DNA of 64,000 bases from Octopus vulgaris (GCA_951406725.2 OX597815.1:30876001-30940000); one strand, 5' to 3'. Shown: positions 12,890 to 26,296, numbered from the stretch's first letter. Numbers and translations: made by a program. Notes: a model not told the origin generated them from the sequence alone.

Positions 12890-13437
12890 ATATATCAAGC
12901 AGAGGTCAGTAATGCCTGTGCAGAGTTTTAGGTCCAAGAAGACTTGCACGACACCTCACAGATCCTCTCCACATCATTGGCATTATCCAGACACAAGCCA
13001 GAGCAAGATGCCTGATGCCAATATAAGTCGTAGGCTCAGGGTTGTAGGAGCGCCATGATCTCTAGCACAAATCAAAGATACCCAAAATGTCCAATGCCAT
13101 TCCCTGCATATTTGGTTTTATAACAGAGTGACCATCAGGTAAAGACATGCTTCAACAGAAGCTGAGGGGTGTCTCACTTCCAGTAGTCTTTCAACACGCC
13201 GGATACCATCCCGGAATTTCTGCCTATTCGTGCTATTGCTGGAAACCCGCTGAGCCTGAAATAGGTTCAAGCGACCTTTCAACGGGTGTTGTTTTTAATC
13301 CTGCTAGGTTTCTAGCAAATCTCCTCACCAGAGTAGCGTGGTGGGGGTGCCGGTTTTGTCGCCGACAATCTGACCATGCAACAGGTTGTACTGGATTCCA
13401 TCTTACCAGTAGCACTTATGAGAAGCTCATTACTGAC

Positions 13438-13440
<3 letters not shown>
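12890..13440 (-). mobile_element. RTE-like LINE 5' region, decayed (related to 41110-41610)
   Basis: Minus-strand MQGMALDILGIFDL resembles an RTE endonuclease N-terminus. The block ctcctcacca...gccggttttgtcgccgac is shared with 41555-41600. Confidence 0.5.
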
Positions 13441-13505
<65 letters not shown>

Positions 13506-13508
<3 letters not shown>

Positions 13509-13705
13509 CGAGAAGGTTTACGAAAATAAACAAAAGACGAAGGCAGGTGGAGTACAAATAAACAAATGTATTAGTATGGCGCTCAGAAATAGAAATAGAA
13601 CAAGTCTTTTACGTTTCGAGCCTACGCTCTTCGACAGAAAGATACACAGAAAAGAAACAAGGAGAGAAAAAAATGCGTGTAGGAGCTAACGGTCTATCAT
13701 GGCGT
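13506..13705 (-). mobile_element. (TA)n-embedded ~200-bp repeat with atypical hammerhead-like motif (Penelope-like-element associated?), copy 1
   Basis: Related copies at 31487-31700 and 50315-50490. Motif on the minus strand: atcttt CTGTCGA A GAGC GTAG GCTC GAA ACGT A aaagac. Confidence 0.65.
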
Positions 13706-13709
13706 TATG

Positions 13710-13771
<62 letters not shown>

Positions 13772-13777
13772 CATACA

Positions 13778-13814
<37 letters not shown>

Positions 13815-13829
13815 GCACACATACATACA

Positions 13830-13867
<38 letters not shown>

Positions 13868-16199
13868 TGCGTGTTGCCATGTATGTCTGTCTATGTAAAA
13901 CGGCTCATGCACTCAGTGAATACAAAATGCAAATACAGAATACATATGCTCATGCATTTGTCTGTGTATGCATGTGTCTCTGTGGCGAACTGTATGGTCG
14001 CGCACATATATGTGCAGAGTAGTTGTTCAACGCGTTTTAATATCTTGTTGATATTAACTTTGTCAAAATGCAAGACTAACTACTAAACAATTGCCCAAAG
14101 GATAGAAATACATATCGAACTTCTAATCTAAATTTCAAAGGTAGAGCTAATATTTTCACTCTAACATAGCCTCCTCCGCTAGCATATTTGCAGTTATAGA
14201 AACGAATTCTTTCACTAATCATATTCCTCTAGGTCAAAATATGACAAAATAATTTGAAATGTCTGACATGAAAATGTCAGAAGAACGAAGGAAAGGAAAT
14301 TCAAGGGAAATCAAATGTTGAAATTCGATACTTGCATTTATCACTATGGCGCCAACTAAACATCATGCAACAGAAACATAATTTTTACTTTCGATCTCGC
14401 GGGAGAAGAATGCAATGTCTTCATTTTCAGCTTGGATTTGAGAAACCAATAGGAAACAAAAACACTGACAAAAAAAAAACAATAATAGTCTAAAGCAAAA
14501 TGTTATTAACATGCAATACTTTTGTATGTTTGGAATTGTATTGTATTAAAGTATTAGCTGATGACATGTGTGCGAGAGTACAGATACACGCAAACGCGTG
14601 CGCACACACGTGTGTTTCACAGTAATTATCCATAGATTTTCGTTAATATATTCATTAATAAATTATTGCGATGCGATGTAGTTGAGTAATTTGGAATGGA
14701 GGACGACCAAATGAAATATCTACTCAGTGTGCGAAGTAGATGTCTCCTCGTTGGTACAGTTTGCTTGGCGTAAGAGTCAATGTACATGGTACGTCACAAT
14801 ACGAGTCCGTACAAAATTATGAAAGGATTTCTAGAAAAAGTTTGATATAGCTTCTATATTACAGGCTTTCGTGTTGTTGTCTGTCTAGAATAGACAACCA
14901 CACACTATCCGACACCTTATCCCTACCGTAGCTTTCAATGGAGGTGTCTACCAAGGAATCACCGTACTTTTGACCCTGTAGGAATCTTCCAATATGAGTG
15001 ACTTCCATGCTTTCATCGTGATCTTAATATCTAGATAAGAGACGATAAATTTCTGTCTGAAATCCAGACACTTGGAGACGTGGAGGCCTAGACACTAAAT
15101 TGTGTTAATATGTACACTGTATTTTATTTTCAATGCCATTGAACTGATGTCTGGAATGCGCTTGTGGAACCATGTGGTTGGTAAGCAAGCTACTTACCAC
15201 AAAGCCACTCCTGCGCCTATAGACAATTTTATCAAATTTTGGATACTTTAGAGACAACAGGTCGTTTTCATCTTATACATCTGATGTCACAAAAAGAGAT
15301 TATTTTCTTCGATTATGTGAAAACATATTGGTAAGTACAAACGTGTACGTGCATGTGTGTGTGCACGCGTGTGTATGTAGTATAGAACTGGTCAGTACTG
15401 AAAGGAATAATGCCATCTTAATTCTCTATGGAGAAATAAACTGGAGGCAGACTTGTGTGCGGGTGCTTCTAAGAGTATTGACTCTATTACCTCTGGTGAC
15501 AAAAGATCTAGGTATACAAGAAAGATGTGGTGCTGCAGAGTGTTGATAGGGCAATAAATGGCATTGGGGTGAGGGATGAAAGAATTGAATGGCTTGAAAT
15601 GGGTTGAAATGGAGTGGCAGTATGGGGTAGCGTCATTGAAGGAAGCGTAAGAGGCAGAGAGAGAAAGAGAGAGGAGAGAGAGGGAGACAGATAGATAGAT
15701 AGAGAGATTTATAGTACTGGCAACGCACACATACACACACACACACGTATATATGAACAGAAATGAGAATTAACAGGTCATTTTTTTCTCCCTGGTCAGT
15801 TTGTGAATTCTACAAAAAGGTAAGAAAAAATCTTCCATCATTGATATAAAGGTTTTTGCAGCTGAGAAGATTCACGCAATATCTTTTTGTTTCTTTTTGA
15901 GCATACATCAGTGACAGTGGTTACTGTGAAAAACATAATATTTTATTTGCAAGGGGACTCCTTCATCGAAGACCGGTGCTTACCATGCGTTGACGAGAGG
16001 CAATTACCTTGAAATTATAGTCCGTATGTAGTACTCGGGTCTTCGAGGAAGGATGACCTCCCTTTGCAAATAACACAAGGACACTGAGATAGTGTCTAAA
16101 GTCCTTATGGTGACGTTGATCGCCTGGGGCTAAAAGCATCAGTAATCCCCCCCCCCCCCCCAGTGGCTAGCCACATTCAGATGGCTAGTACACCTTACG

Positions 16200-17520
16200 T
16201 TTCCGAAAGTTTATATACTGAAATCTTTTTGAAGAAATTTGCTTGAACTGAAAATCCCTTCATGTTTGATTCAAAGGCATAACTACAGATTTCTACGCCC
16301 CCGACTTTGGATGGTCATAACTTTCAGAAAAATGGATATTTTTAATGAAATTGTCCACGCATATGTGTTATAGTAAGTAGATTCCGAACATATAAAATTT
16401 GGGTGGAGAAAGTGTTTTAAAAGGGGTTGGGTGGGGTATTTCGGAAGATTCATCGCAGTCCACTTCAATTCGTCTCAACTTACAAGAAAATTGTTATTTT
16501 TTAATGAAATTATCTACAAATATAGCTCGGACTATGTAGATTCCGAGGACATGGGATTTTTTTTTTTTAGTGGACGAAATACATGGAGGCTATTTTTGAG
16601 AACTGTTCCCCACTTGCGGGTAATTCTGAACAAGTCGTCCATATTTGTTTCATTTTCTCCGTTTTGTGCGTTTGTGCATCCGTAGATTTCTACCACACAC
16701 ACACACACATACACACAATACACATATGTAATTAAAACAGTTGAAACGGGGAGTTATTCCATTCAGTATTATGTTTATTATAGAGATTATGTAACAAATT
16801 ATGCTTTACACTTCTATATTTAACTGTGCGTGAATATTCCTTATTTTTGCTTCTGGTGTCTTCTGCCTTTCTATTAGAAACGCGTACCTGGGAATTTACT
16901 TAAAGTGAGAAAGAAAATCGTATGCAACAGATAAGTCGTCTTAATAACATATTTCTGTGTACCAGACCTTTCGCTGTTATTTTTAGCATAACGGGTTTTC
17001 TTGTGAGGGCTTCATTCGCCTGTTTGTTGCTTCAGTAGATATCTATGGATGCACAAATGCACAAAACGGAGAAAATGAAACAAATATGGAGGTCTTGTTC
17101 AGAAACGCCACCGAGTGGGGAACAGTTCTCAAAAATATCCCCCAATTGTTGTAGTAAAAAAATATCCATTTTTCTGAATGTTATGATCGTCCAAAGTCGG
17201 GGGTGCAGAAATCTGTTGTTATGCCGATTCAAAAATACATAAAATGAGTAGTGCAAGTAAAAAAAGTTCGTCAATATTCAGAGGGATATTTAAAATCTGT
17301 ATTGATACCCGCTATCCACGATGAACTATCGCCAATTTATGGGCGAAAAACTCGTATCTTCTGAATTTTCCTAAGTCCTCTCCTGACACATCGGAAAAGA
17401 TTTTCCCACAAATTTCTTTATAATCGCAATCTATGCCGGTTGAAGGGTATTTTTTTAATAAAATTTCCTTTAAAAAAAACATTTTCTTAAAAGTCATGAA
17501 GGAAAAACTCGGATCTTGTG
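16200..17520. mobile_element. Two copies of an unclassified repeat in opposite orientation
   Basis: 16590-16693 is the reverse complement of 17035-17140, and 16275-16345 is the reverse complement of 17158-17228. Confidence 0.7.
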
Positions 17521-17539
17521 AATTTTCCGAAGTCCACAC

Positions 17540-17747
17540 GCTCCCATTGTTTTCCGCGCATTGTTTTTATATTCGTTTCCTACACATGTTTTTTTTTTCA
17601 TCCGTTGCACAATTTTTTAAAATTTTGTTTTCGGTTAATATTGTAAACGTTATTATTTGAATAACAAAAATTAAATATCACAAGGGGTCATCAGGATTTT
17701 AGTAATGATTCAGTGGGACATGGCCAAAAATCGTTTGGGAACCACTG
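17540..17747 (+). mobile_element. hAT/Charlie-like MITE end
   Basis: Ends in tttgggaaccactg, the reverse complement of CAGTGGTTCCCAAA, a typical hAT-Charlie TIR. The partner TIR is not seen. Confidence 0.4.
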
Positions 17748-18409
17748 GTCTAAAACATAACTTTGACAAGTCCCTATCAGCGTACAGAGAAATTGCTCCC
17801 GAAGGTAGAAATCCTTTGTTGCTTCTTCTATAATACTCTCTTAATGTACACTAAATCTGCGGACAGCAACAAATTCAGTCACGTAAGCAGCTTTGATCCA
17901 TGAAAACTGGTCTTGCTAACGACTTTTCAAGAAGCGATTTTCCGCCATATTTGATGATATCATCTGAATAACGGCAGACACATACTCGAGTGTAACTGCG
18001 TGTAAGTGTGAGAGGCGATGGAATGAATTCCCTATATGTGTTTCAACACTATAATCTCTACTTCGTTTACAATACAATTATCTCTACTTCCTTGTCAGAA
18101 CAGATAAATGTATATTTTGTATATAATATAATTTGCACAGATTCTCAACTCGGCAATTATAAAATACTACGTAGTATACATTCGAACATTTGCGAACAAA
18201 TATCCTTCACTTAAACCCAATCTCGGAATGAAAAAAGAATACGTAACGTATTCAAATATAAACATTAATGGAGTTATTAATGTATTAATGATTTCATGAA
18301 AGGCATCTTGTATTGAATATATACAAACACACACAAAGACACATAAATGTATGCACAAATACATACAAGTGTATTCTTATGTATGTGCTAATATCGAAAG
18401 CACGCATGC

Positions 18410-18586
18410 ATGCATACATACATAATACATACATACATACATACATACATACATACATACATACACACACATACATACATACATACATACATACATACAT
18501 ACATACATACATACACACACATACTTACATACATACATACATGCATACATACATACATACATACATACAAACACATACATACATAC

Positions 18587-18617
<31 letters not shown>

Positions 18618-18776
18618 CATACATACACACACACATACATACATACATACATACATACATACATACATACACACACATACATACATACATACATACATAC
18701 ATACATACATACATACATACATACATACATACATACATACATACATACATACATACATACATACATACATACATGC
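18410..18776. repeat. (CATA)n microsatellite, ~365 bp
   Basis: Direct reading. Source of the HTYI/MYVC pseudo-ORFs. Confidence 0.95.
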
Positions 18777-19216
18777 ATATATGTTTTGAAATGATAGATT
18801 ATTATAAATAGATAAAATGTAATATTTACTTTTAATTATGATCGCGAATTAGAAAATACCTTTCACGCTAAATAAACGTTTGAAAACAATAAATATAATA
18901 TTAGACGTCTAGGTTCGTAAAACTTATAAGGTTATAAACAAATGTAGAAAACCACTTAATATCTGCCAAAATAGTAGACAGAAAATTCCGTAAGCAATTG
19001 ATATATGGGAGTTATTTTTAGTTCATTCATCTATAGCGTTGGACATGTCACATTGGTAACTCTGAGGAACGACATGGCGTGTCTGGAAATAACTGAGTTC
19101 AATTTAAGCATGAAGTACAATGCGATACTCCGGCAACTTTGCTTGTCTCTTCTTGGTTTGACTAGGTGTTATGACTATATTGTTGCGGACTTTTAGGGAG
19201 ACGTTGAGAGTACCCA

Positions 19217-19437
19217 TTTCTTTACTACCCACAAGGGGCTAAACACAGAGGGGACAAACAAGGACAGACAAATGGATTAAGTCGATTATATCGACTCCAG
19301 TGCGTAACTGGTACTTAATTTATCGAAAGGATGAAAGGCAAAGTTGACCTCGGCAGAATTTGAACTCAGAACGTAACGGCAGAAGAAATACGAATACGCA
19401 TTTCGCCCGGCGTGCTAACGTCTCTGCCAGCTCGCCG
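19217..19437 (-). mobile_element. SINE family A, well preserved
   Basis: tttctttactacccacaaggggctaaac...gaaaggcaaagttgacctcggcagaatttgaactc...ctgccagctcgcc. Confidence 0.85.
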
Positions 19438-19499
19438 ATATTGAGAGTACCCTTGTAACCATTGCACTGACTACAGATCAAACATTTCGATATAGCCTA

Positions 19500-19720
19500 C
19501 TCGTTGCGGAAACAATATTTCTGCTGAATACACGTCATTGATTGGTTACCGAAATAGGACTACTTTGACGTGAAATTACTTCGTAAATATAAGTTTTTCT
19601 CAAAAAGGCTAAGAGTAAAACATGATTTATATGACACATTCTACCAGGGTCCGCTGTTTGAAAGTGTTTAGCTACAAAAAATTATTTTTTTAAATCTGTA
19701 GGTCAAAAAGTAAAGATCCC
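19500..19720 (-). mobile_element. Diverged partial relative of the 1390-1807 MITE
   Basis: acgtcattgattggtt...tttctcaaaaaggctaagag...acacattctaccag...aaagatcc matches the reverse complement of 1390-1590. Confidence 0.55.
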
Positions 19721-20379
19721 TTAGAGTTAACTAAGCACTTGTAAGATATCGAATGAGTCCTTATCAGGAAGTGTGACAAGCGAATAGTAGTAAAAGCCAG
19801 GTTGTATATTATACTTATTTTAGAACTGACTGCATACTTATCGTGCACATGTTCAATGTGTACGCACAGCCCATGCAGTATTGTCTAAGGAGAAGGGAAA
19901 AGCTAGGCAGGAAACAAAAATTCCTCAATAAACCAAGAAAATAAGAAAATGAGAGTGCTACAGAATACATTGAGACACATCTCTACTGTTAATCGATAGG
20001 GTGCCTTGAAGAGGACCTTCTAATTAGTGCCAGACTCTGATATTGTATATCACATGATATGGACGAATACTTTGGGAAAGCAAACACCAAATCGCTAGTA
20101 AGTAACACGAACGTTTTCACTTTCCATCTGTGCCTACACACTTTATAGATGTAGTCAAGGCGATAAACAAATAAAAAGATTGTATGTTATTGTATGGACA
20201 TTGCTAAATGTTACATTTCAGCTCCCTTGTTTAACTGCATGATCGATCATACAAGTAAAGTATAAATATGAAAACAAAAAGAAGGCAAACACATAAGGAA
20301 AATACCTACATCAAAATAAAGTTGTTGAACAACGTAAATTCCACATAAATAAAATGTAATCAACATTTTCCAATAATTC

Positions 20380-20605
20380 TATTTTACTATAGAAACAAAG
20401 CCTGAAAATTTGCGTTGGTGGTGGCGCGGGGACTAGTCAATGTTATCGTCTCCAGTACCTGACTGGTACATAATTTTATCAACCCTGAAAGGATGAAAAG
20501 CAAATTTAACCGCGGCGGAATTTGAACTCAGAACGTAAAGACGCACAAAATTCCGCTAAGCATGTTGTCTGGCGTGCTAACGTTTCTACCAACTTACCCC
20601 CTTCC
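20380..20605 (-). mobile_element. SINE family A
   Basis: gactggtac...gaaaggatgaaaagcaaatttaaccgcggcggaatttgaactcagaacgt...gcgtgctaacg. Confidence 0.75.
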
Positions 20606-21099
20606 GTTTTCCAATAATAACAAATGGAGTACTAACACCCACGAAATTAGAACGAGCAGTAACGAAGAAAATTTAAGAGAAAAAAAAAGAGGAAAACTGT
20701 CCATAATAAAATGAATCATCATTGATCAATAGAAACAGCTTCACAAGCTCCGAACAAACGAAGAGTCTAATATAACCAGGCCCTCCTAGAAAATCAAACA
20801 GATACTCATAGAAATATTAATGTATTTATGAGCTATTGAACTGTATGATGTATTAAATATATATGTATATATGTACACGTGTGTGTGTCCTTTTTAATAG
20901 AGAAATGCGATATTTACTTTTAATTATGTTATTGAATTAGAAAATAGGTTTTCGAAATAAGTGTGTAAATACAATAAAATTGAACACTAGCCATCCGGGT
21001 GAGTTCGACAAATGTTAATAACAATTTACTCGGTTGTCATTGTAATACCAACTGAAATTAGATTTCCCCCTAATAAATTGAGTCACATGCGTTACAAGC

Positions 21100-22690
21100 C
21101 CATTGAATACCTACCGAAAGAAAATATACTATACAGGATCAAAAAGAAAACGAGCAAAGCAAATCTAGACCCCGAGAGAAATAGTCGAGCAAAAATCCTC
21201 TCAACAAAACTCGTAAAACGGCAGATATACCGACAAAAGAAATACGTTATAAGAGGCATTATATTTGAAGAATATAACAACTAAAATATACAACATAATT
21301 AATATGCACACTGAGAGGGTAACATCCAATAACGCCTCAAATATGACTCAAGATATTACGTGGCAGTTTAGAAAACTATTCAAAACTGCTATTAATTGGA
21401 GCAGGGGTATTGATAAAATACCCAGGTTTTGGTTAAAGGATATAATTAATATGAAGCTATAGCAACCGGTTTTACGCAATTACTAAAGATAAACAGTTTA
21501 ATTAAAACAGAAAATATTTAGATGAATAGACAATGGAAAAAATACTACAAAAATGCTTGACTAATATGAAATAAAATTGGACTCAGTGTCAGACGAAGGT
21601 TGTTACTATCGGAGCCATATTGAATGTAATATTTTGAAAATAAGATGAACTGCTGCATAACCTGGATAGTGTTTCAAAGAAAATACTCAATGCATTATGA
21701 ACCGATTATCCTCAGTCAATTAGAATATATTTAGCAGGAGCGCAAGAAGAATGTGTGAAACATTGAATATGATTACAAGTAACAAATGAGTCTAGAAAAA
21801 AACTTAGTAGGGAGAAGTCGTAATCAGATAAGTTATAATAAGGTAATATGGAAAGAGATTCTACAGATATAAGGAATCATTACAGTAATCAGATAAACTA
21901 ACGAAAATTTGTAGGTTAAAAAATGCAGCAAAAAGTTTTTAAAAAAACATGCGACATAAAAAATAAGGGGGAAGCAAATCAAAACAGCCCAAAGACATCG
22001 CAACGGCAAAAAAAAAAAATCAACCTTCTATTATATGTATCCTGCAAAGCTGAATGAAACGAAAGGAGTCTATGTGAAATGACACAAGGGTGTAAAAGTT
22101 CTGGGCGAATGGCAGAAACGGAACGTTTAATTTTAGTTGTGCAAGGTTATTGACTAGCAAAAACAAAACTGCAACAATAAAGTAAGAGGCCAATATGGAA
22201 TCTACATACAGAAGCAATCTATTTCTTGTAAACTCTGAATATATCTACAAACATGAACAGGTATGTAGATACATGAATAGATACATGAGTAGATATGTAA
22301 CTACGTTGTAAGCACTTCTACACAAAATCCTTAAACAAGTTGTATATAATGCACCAAATCAGTATGTAAGAATGACATGGCTCCAATATTCTGGTACATG
22401 AAAGAAAGTATAAAAAAATCAACAAAACATATTCTCTTCTAGGCATCTCGATTATTTCCGACACAGACATCGCTCGAAAGAAAACGCAAAGCTATCATTG
22501 TTCAAGAACATAGGAATGAAATAACCAGTATAGAGGAAATGAGAGTAAAATCAATAACAATAGTAATTTGTGAATTAGCTATAAGGCAAAAGATGCTGGA
22601 CAAAACAGGACACAATTTTAACATCTGAAACAAATATCCCACTGTTCACAACTAACATTCGAAACAAACTCAACTCAGTAGATACAATTG
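21100..22690 (+). mobile_element. Heavily decayed R4/Dong-type non-LTR retrotransposon
   Basis: INWSRGIDKIPRFWLKDI (ORF 21265) resembles the RT motif NWKAPGxDxIPNFWLK. HEQVCRY near 22252 resembles the CCHC-adjacent motif. The strand is A-rich. Confidence 0.4.
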
Positions 22691-23228
22691 TCACATTAGA
22701 TTTTGCATATATCTATGTAGGGTCGCAAAAGTTTTGGTTACTGTGAGGTCGATAATGTTGACGCGGTATAGTGCTCCCTTAAATTTTATCTCCAAATGTA
22801 AGGTGTTTCCCCACCTCGGTTTCTTTCCGTGGCTCAAACTATAACTTTGGTTGTCATGAGCAACCAAAGTTATAGTCATCCAATAAAGGCTCTTGCATTC
22901 ATCATTACCATTTTTGCGGATTCTAGCCCTTGGATTCTGGATTTTACGTCTGTCGTAAATAATACAACCTTCGTGAAATAACGCAATTTCAAGATGTCGT
23001 GTTAATTACATACAAATATTCCATATTCGTATTCCAAATCTAACCATTCACAATAAACAAGACCAACACTGAAACAAAACAGAGGCCAAACACAACAAAT
23101 TAGATGTAACACCTCACTATTCTCAAAATAATAATATATTACATTCCTGTATTACATAGTAGTGCTGTCACATAGTGATGCAGTGAAACCTCACACTGAA
23201 AAGAAACACATCAATATTACTAATAAGT

Positions 23229-23425
23229 AAGGTGACGAGATGGCAGAATCGTTAGCACGCCGGGGAAAATGCTTGACAGCATTTCGGCCGTCTGAGTTCA
23301 GATTCAGTCGAGGTCGACTTTGCCTTTCATCCTTTCGAGGTCGATAAAATAAGTACCTGTGATCTAAATTCCTTACTCCAGCTGCCTCGAACTTGTTGGC
23401 CTTATGCCAAAATTTAGTAAACATG
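23229..23425 (+). mobile_element. SINE family A
   Basis: aaggtgacgagatggcagaatcgttagcacgccgggg...gtcgactttgcctttcatcctttcgaggtcgataaaataagtacc. Confidence 0.8.
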
Positions 23426-23612
23426 AATTTATCGTAGAAGTTTAGAAATCAGTATACTACTGTTTCTTTCCCTTCACTCTAAAGGATTAATAGTATAGTT
23501 GTCTGTGGATGAATTTGAACGTGGAAAGTAAGGAGTAGTGACTGCAAAGTATACTGATGACCGCTCTAACAGTGCTATCATTTCATCGACTAAACAACTA
23601 ACTTAATAACGA

Positions 23613-24150
23613 CTAGCGGGGCCCGTGAATATTTCACGGAATTAATGGTAAACTTATTGGATATTTCTGAAAATTTTATCCAAAAAGCCTGAAAGCGTAG
23701 CGTGTGCTGTGTCTGTATCAAAAGAGAGTCGCTCATCTGCTACTAATTGAAATACGATGATTACTTAATGCACTTTATACATACACTTTATATACTTTAT
23801 GCACAATTTTATAGACTTAATACACAACATTCTCCCTCTTTCTCTCTCACTCTTCGCCTTACCCTCTTTTTCTCTGTCCTTTTATTTCGCTCTTCGCCTT
23901 TCTCTTCAACTAATCACGTGAAGCGTTACAAACGGGCTAAGCAATGGAAGAAGAACAAACTTAGTTAAAAAAATTACACATTTCACTCATCACCACCTCT
24001 TCTCTTCCCCTTCCCTCCCTCTCAACTAATCACGTGGAAGCGTTATGGAGGGGCTAAGTAACTGAGTGACAAGTAGAAGTATCATAAAATTATCATGAAA
24101 TGCGCAAATTACGGTGGTAAGTAGGAAGTGTATTCGATTGTTTCTAGCCA
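23613..24150 (-). mobile_element. Helitron-like non-autonomous element (3' end clear, 5' end uncertain)
   Basis: Minus strand ends with a hairpin, ccgtgaa-atat-tcacggg, then ccccgCTAG|T. Internal direct repeat caactaatcacgtg(g)aagcgtta at ~23907 and ~24023. Confidence 0.55.
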
Positions 24151-24387
24151 TGTCTTTCAATAATTATATTGACCCCCGGAAGGATAAAAATCGAAAGAAC
24201 GTTGACTCCAGATGAGGTTCTATTTTTTATTCGTCTTTAAGACTGCGCGGTGTACCAGAAATGATACTGATGCTGCCTCAATTGTGAAAAGTTGAATGAA
24301 GATTGTTAAGGAAGGCTGTTGCGCATGTGAATGATAATCAAGAGAAAAGTCGATTGCCTCAAGTCAATATGAATAGTAGCAATATTA

Positions 24388-24702
24388 CCACAACCACCAC
24401 TACCATCACCACCACCACCACCACCACCACCAACACCACCACCACCACCACCACCACCACAACCACCACCACCACCACCACCACCACCACCACCACCACC
24501 ACCACCACCACCACAACCACCACCACCACCACCACAACCACAACAACCACCACCACCACCACCACAACCACCACCACCACCACCACCACCACCACCACCA
24601 CCACCACCACCACCACCACCACCACCACCACCACCACCACCACCACCACCACCACCACCACCACCACCACCACCACCACCACCACCACCACCACCACCAC
24701 CA
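24388..24702. repeat. (CCA)n trinucleotide array, ~105 units with sparse CAA interruptions
   Basis: Direct reading. Source of the poly-T/V/W pseudo-ORFs. Confidence 0.95.
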
Positions 24703-25119
24703 TATCAAAATAAAATTAGAACAAATCATTCGTCCTTCCAGATATTGAAAATGGCTTCAAAAGTAAAATTAACAGAGTGGCTATCTAATGATTAAAAAAA
24801 GAACAAATGGTGAGTCAGTAATCAATGAAACTTATACTCAGAAAGGATGAACTCCCAGTGAAGAAGACAATCAATGTGCAAAAAGATAAAGAGAATCATC
24901 CTGCGAAACACAAAGACGTAAATTTTAATCTCTCTATATAAAATTTTAATTCACAACACACATAGTACAATATTCATGATAAGATTCCTATGACATTTTC
25001 TTCAACCACTGACTGAGCAAAATGTTAGGCGAAATAGAAATCATGGATTTTAGCATGCGTTTGAGTCTAGTCATATTATAGCGTATCTCAACTTATTTCG
25101 GTAATTGGTTCCAAGATAT

Positions 25120-25530
25120 GAGGCGTAAGTTGAAAAACGCGCTCCCAGTGAATTATCGTCCATCCTCAGTAACCTTACATATCATGGAAATATTTGAGAG
25201 TGTTGAGATGAAAAATAACTGCTTTCCTAGAGAAAAAAAGTCATCTAGATCCCAGCCAGCACGGTTTTCGAGGTGGCAGGGATTACCTGACACATCTACA
25301 ATAATTTGACGAGATTTTAAAGACACTCTTCTCCACGTTTACTAGGTCTCACCTCGAATACTGCTACCCAGTGTGTCCCCATACACAAAGCAAGATATAA
25401 TGAAGATTGAAGAACCGCAGAGATCAATCATCAAAAACAAAGAAAAAAAGGCATGACAGGCCTAGTCTATTAGGCTTGCCTGGAAAACTGAAACTTTGTT
25501 ATCTCCAACACTGCCATGAGCGCTATATTA
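25120..25530 (+). mobile_element. CR1/L2-type LINE RT fragments (decayed, internally deleted)
   Basis: LPVNYRPSSVTLHIMEIFESV, LDPSQHGFRGGRDYLTHL and TFTRSHLEYCYPV motifs. 25370-25530 is homologous, inverted, to 26715-26872. Confidence 0.75.
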
Positions 25531-26179
25531 ATTGTACACTGCAGAAAATAGTCCATATTTTCCTCTTATAGTAAACTTGACTCTTACTCTTCTCGGTTGT
25601 TTAAATAATACGGACCTAAACTCCTGTGAGTACCTATCTATAGTTTCGTTGCATAATCTCAATTATAAAATATCTCGTTTAGATAAACTACATTTCTGCT
25701 CCCTGTCTCATGTAAGTTTATCAGCTGTAAAGCTTTTGCATCTGGTAATAACTATATAATCCATATATTTAAGAGCCTTCCGGTCGAGGATTCTGAAGAT
25801 ACTTTTTCTCGTTGAAATGCCAAATAATTGCTTCGTTTCGTTGTCTGTTTGGCCGTCCCTTTTTTGAACAACCACTTTTAATGTCATGATTGCTGTATGT
25901 TGCATGGCTAAACGAGCCTGTCTTTAGTTCAACAGTGGCTGTTGATGTAAATAGTTAACTACATATATAGATGCCCTGCAAGATAACTGTGATATTTTTT
26001 AGATCTATTTTACCCGTTTGTATTATTCTCGAAGATTTAGCATAGAACAGGGCTCCTGCTGAGTTGTTGTACACTCTCAGTGAACAGTTATCTCGGTTCG
26101 ATCATATAAAGAAGTAACGTCGAGTTTGATGAGCATCTATCTTGGTTAATATACATACATGCAAACACACACACATATG

Positions 26180-26211
<32 letters not shown>

Positions 26212-26225
26212 TGTATGTATGTATG

Positions 26226-26296
<71 letters not shown>

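Noticed and set aside
13673-14086. Long ORFs rich in YI, HT, CV or MYVC repeats (also near 18.3k, 28.8k, 42k, 51.5k and 58.6k)
   Set aside because: Translations of (TA)n, (CA)n and (CATA)n microsatellites with no coding signal.
24303-24713. Mucin-like poly-Thr ORF
   Set aside because: A pure (CCA)n microsatellite with almost no codon variation and no splice context.
25708-25905. ORF faintly resembling a pogo/Tigger N-terminal HTH
   Set aside because: Similarity is too weak by eye, and no TIR or downstream domain is visible.
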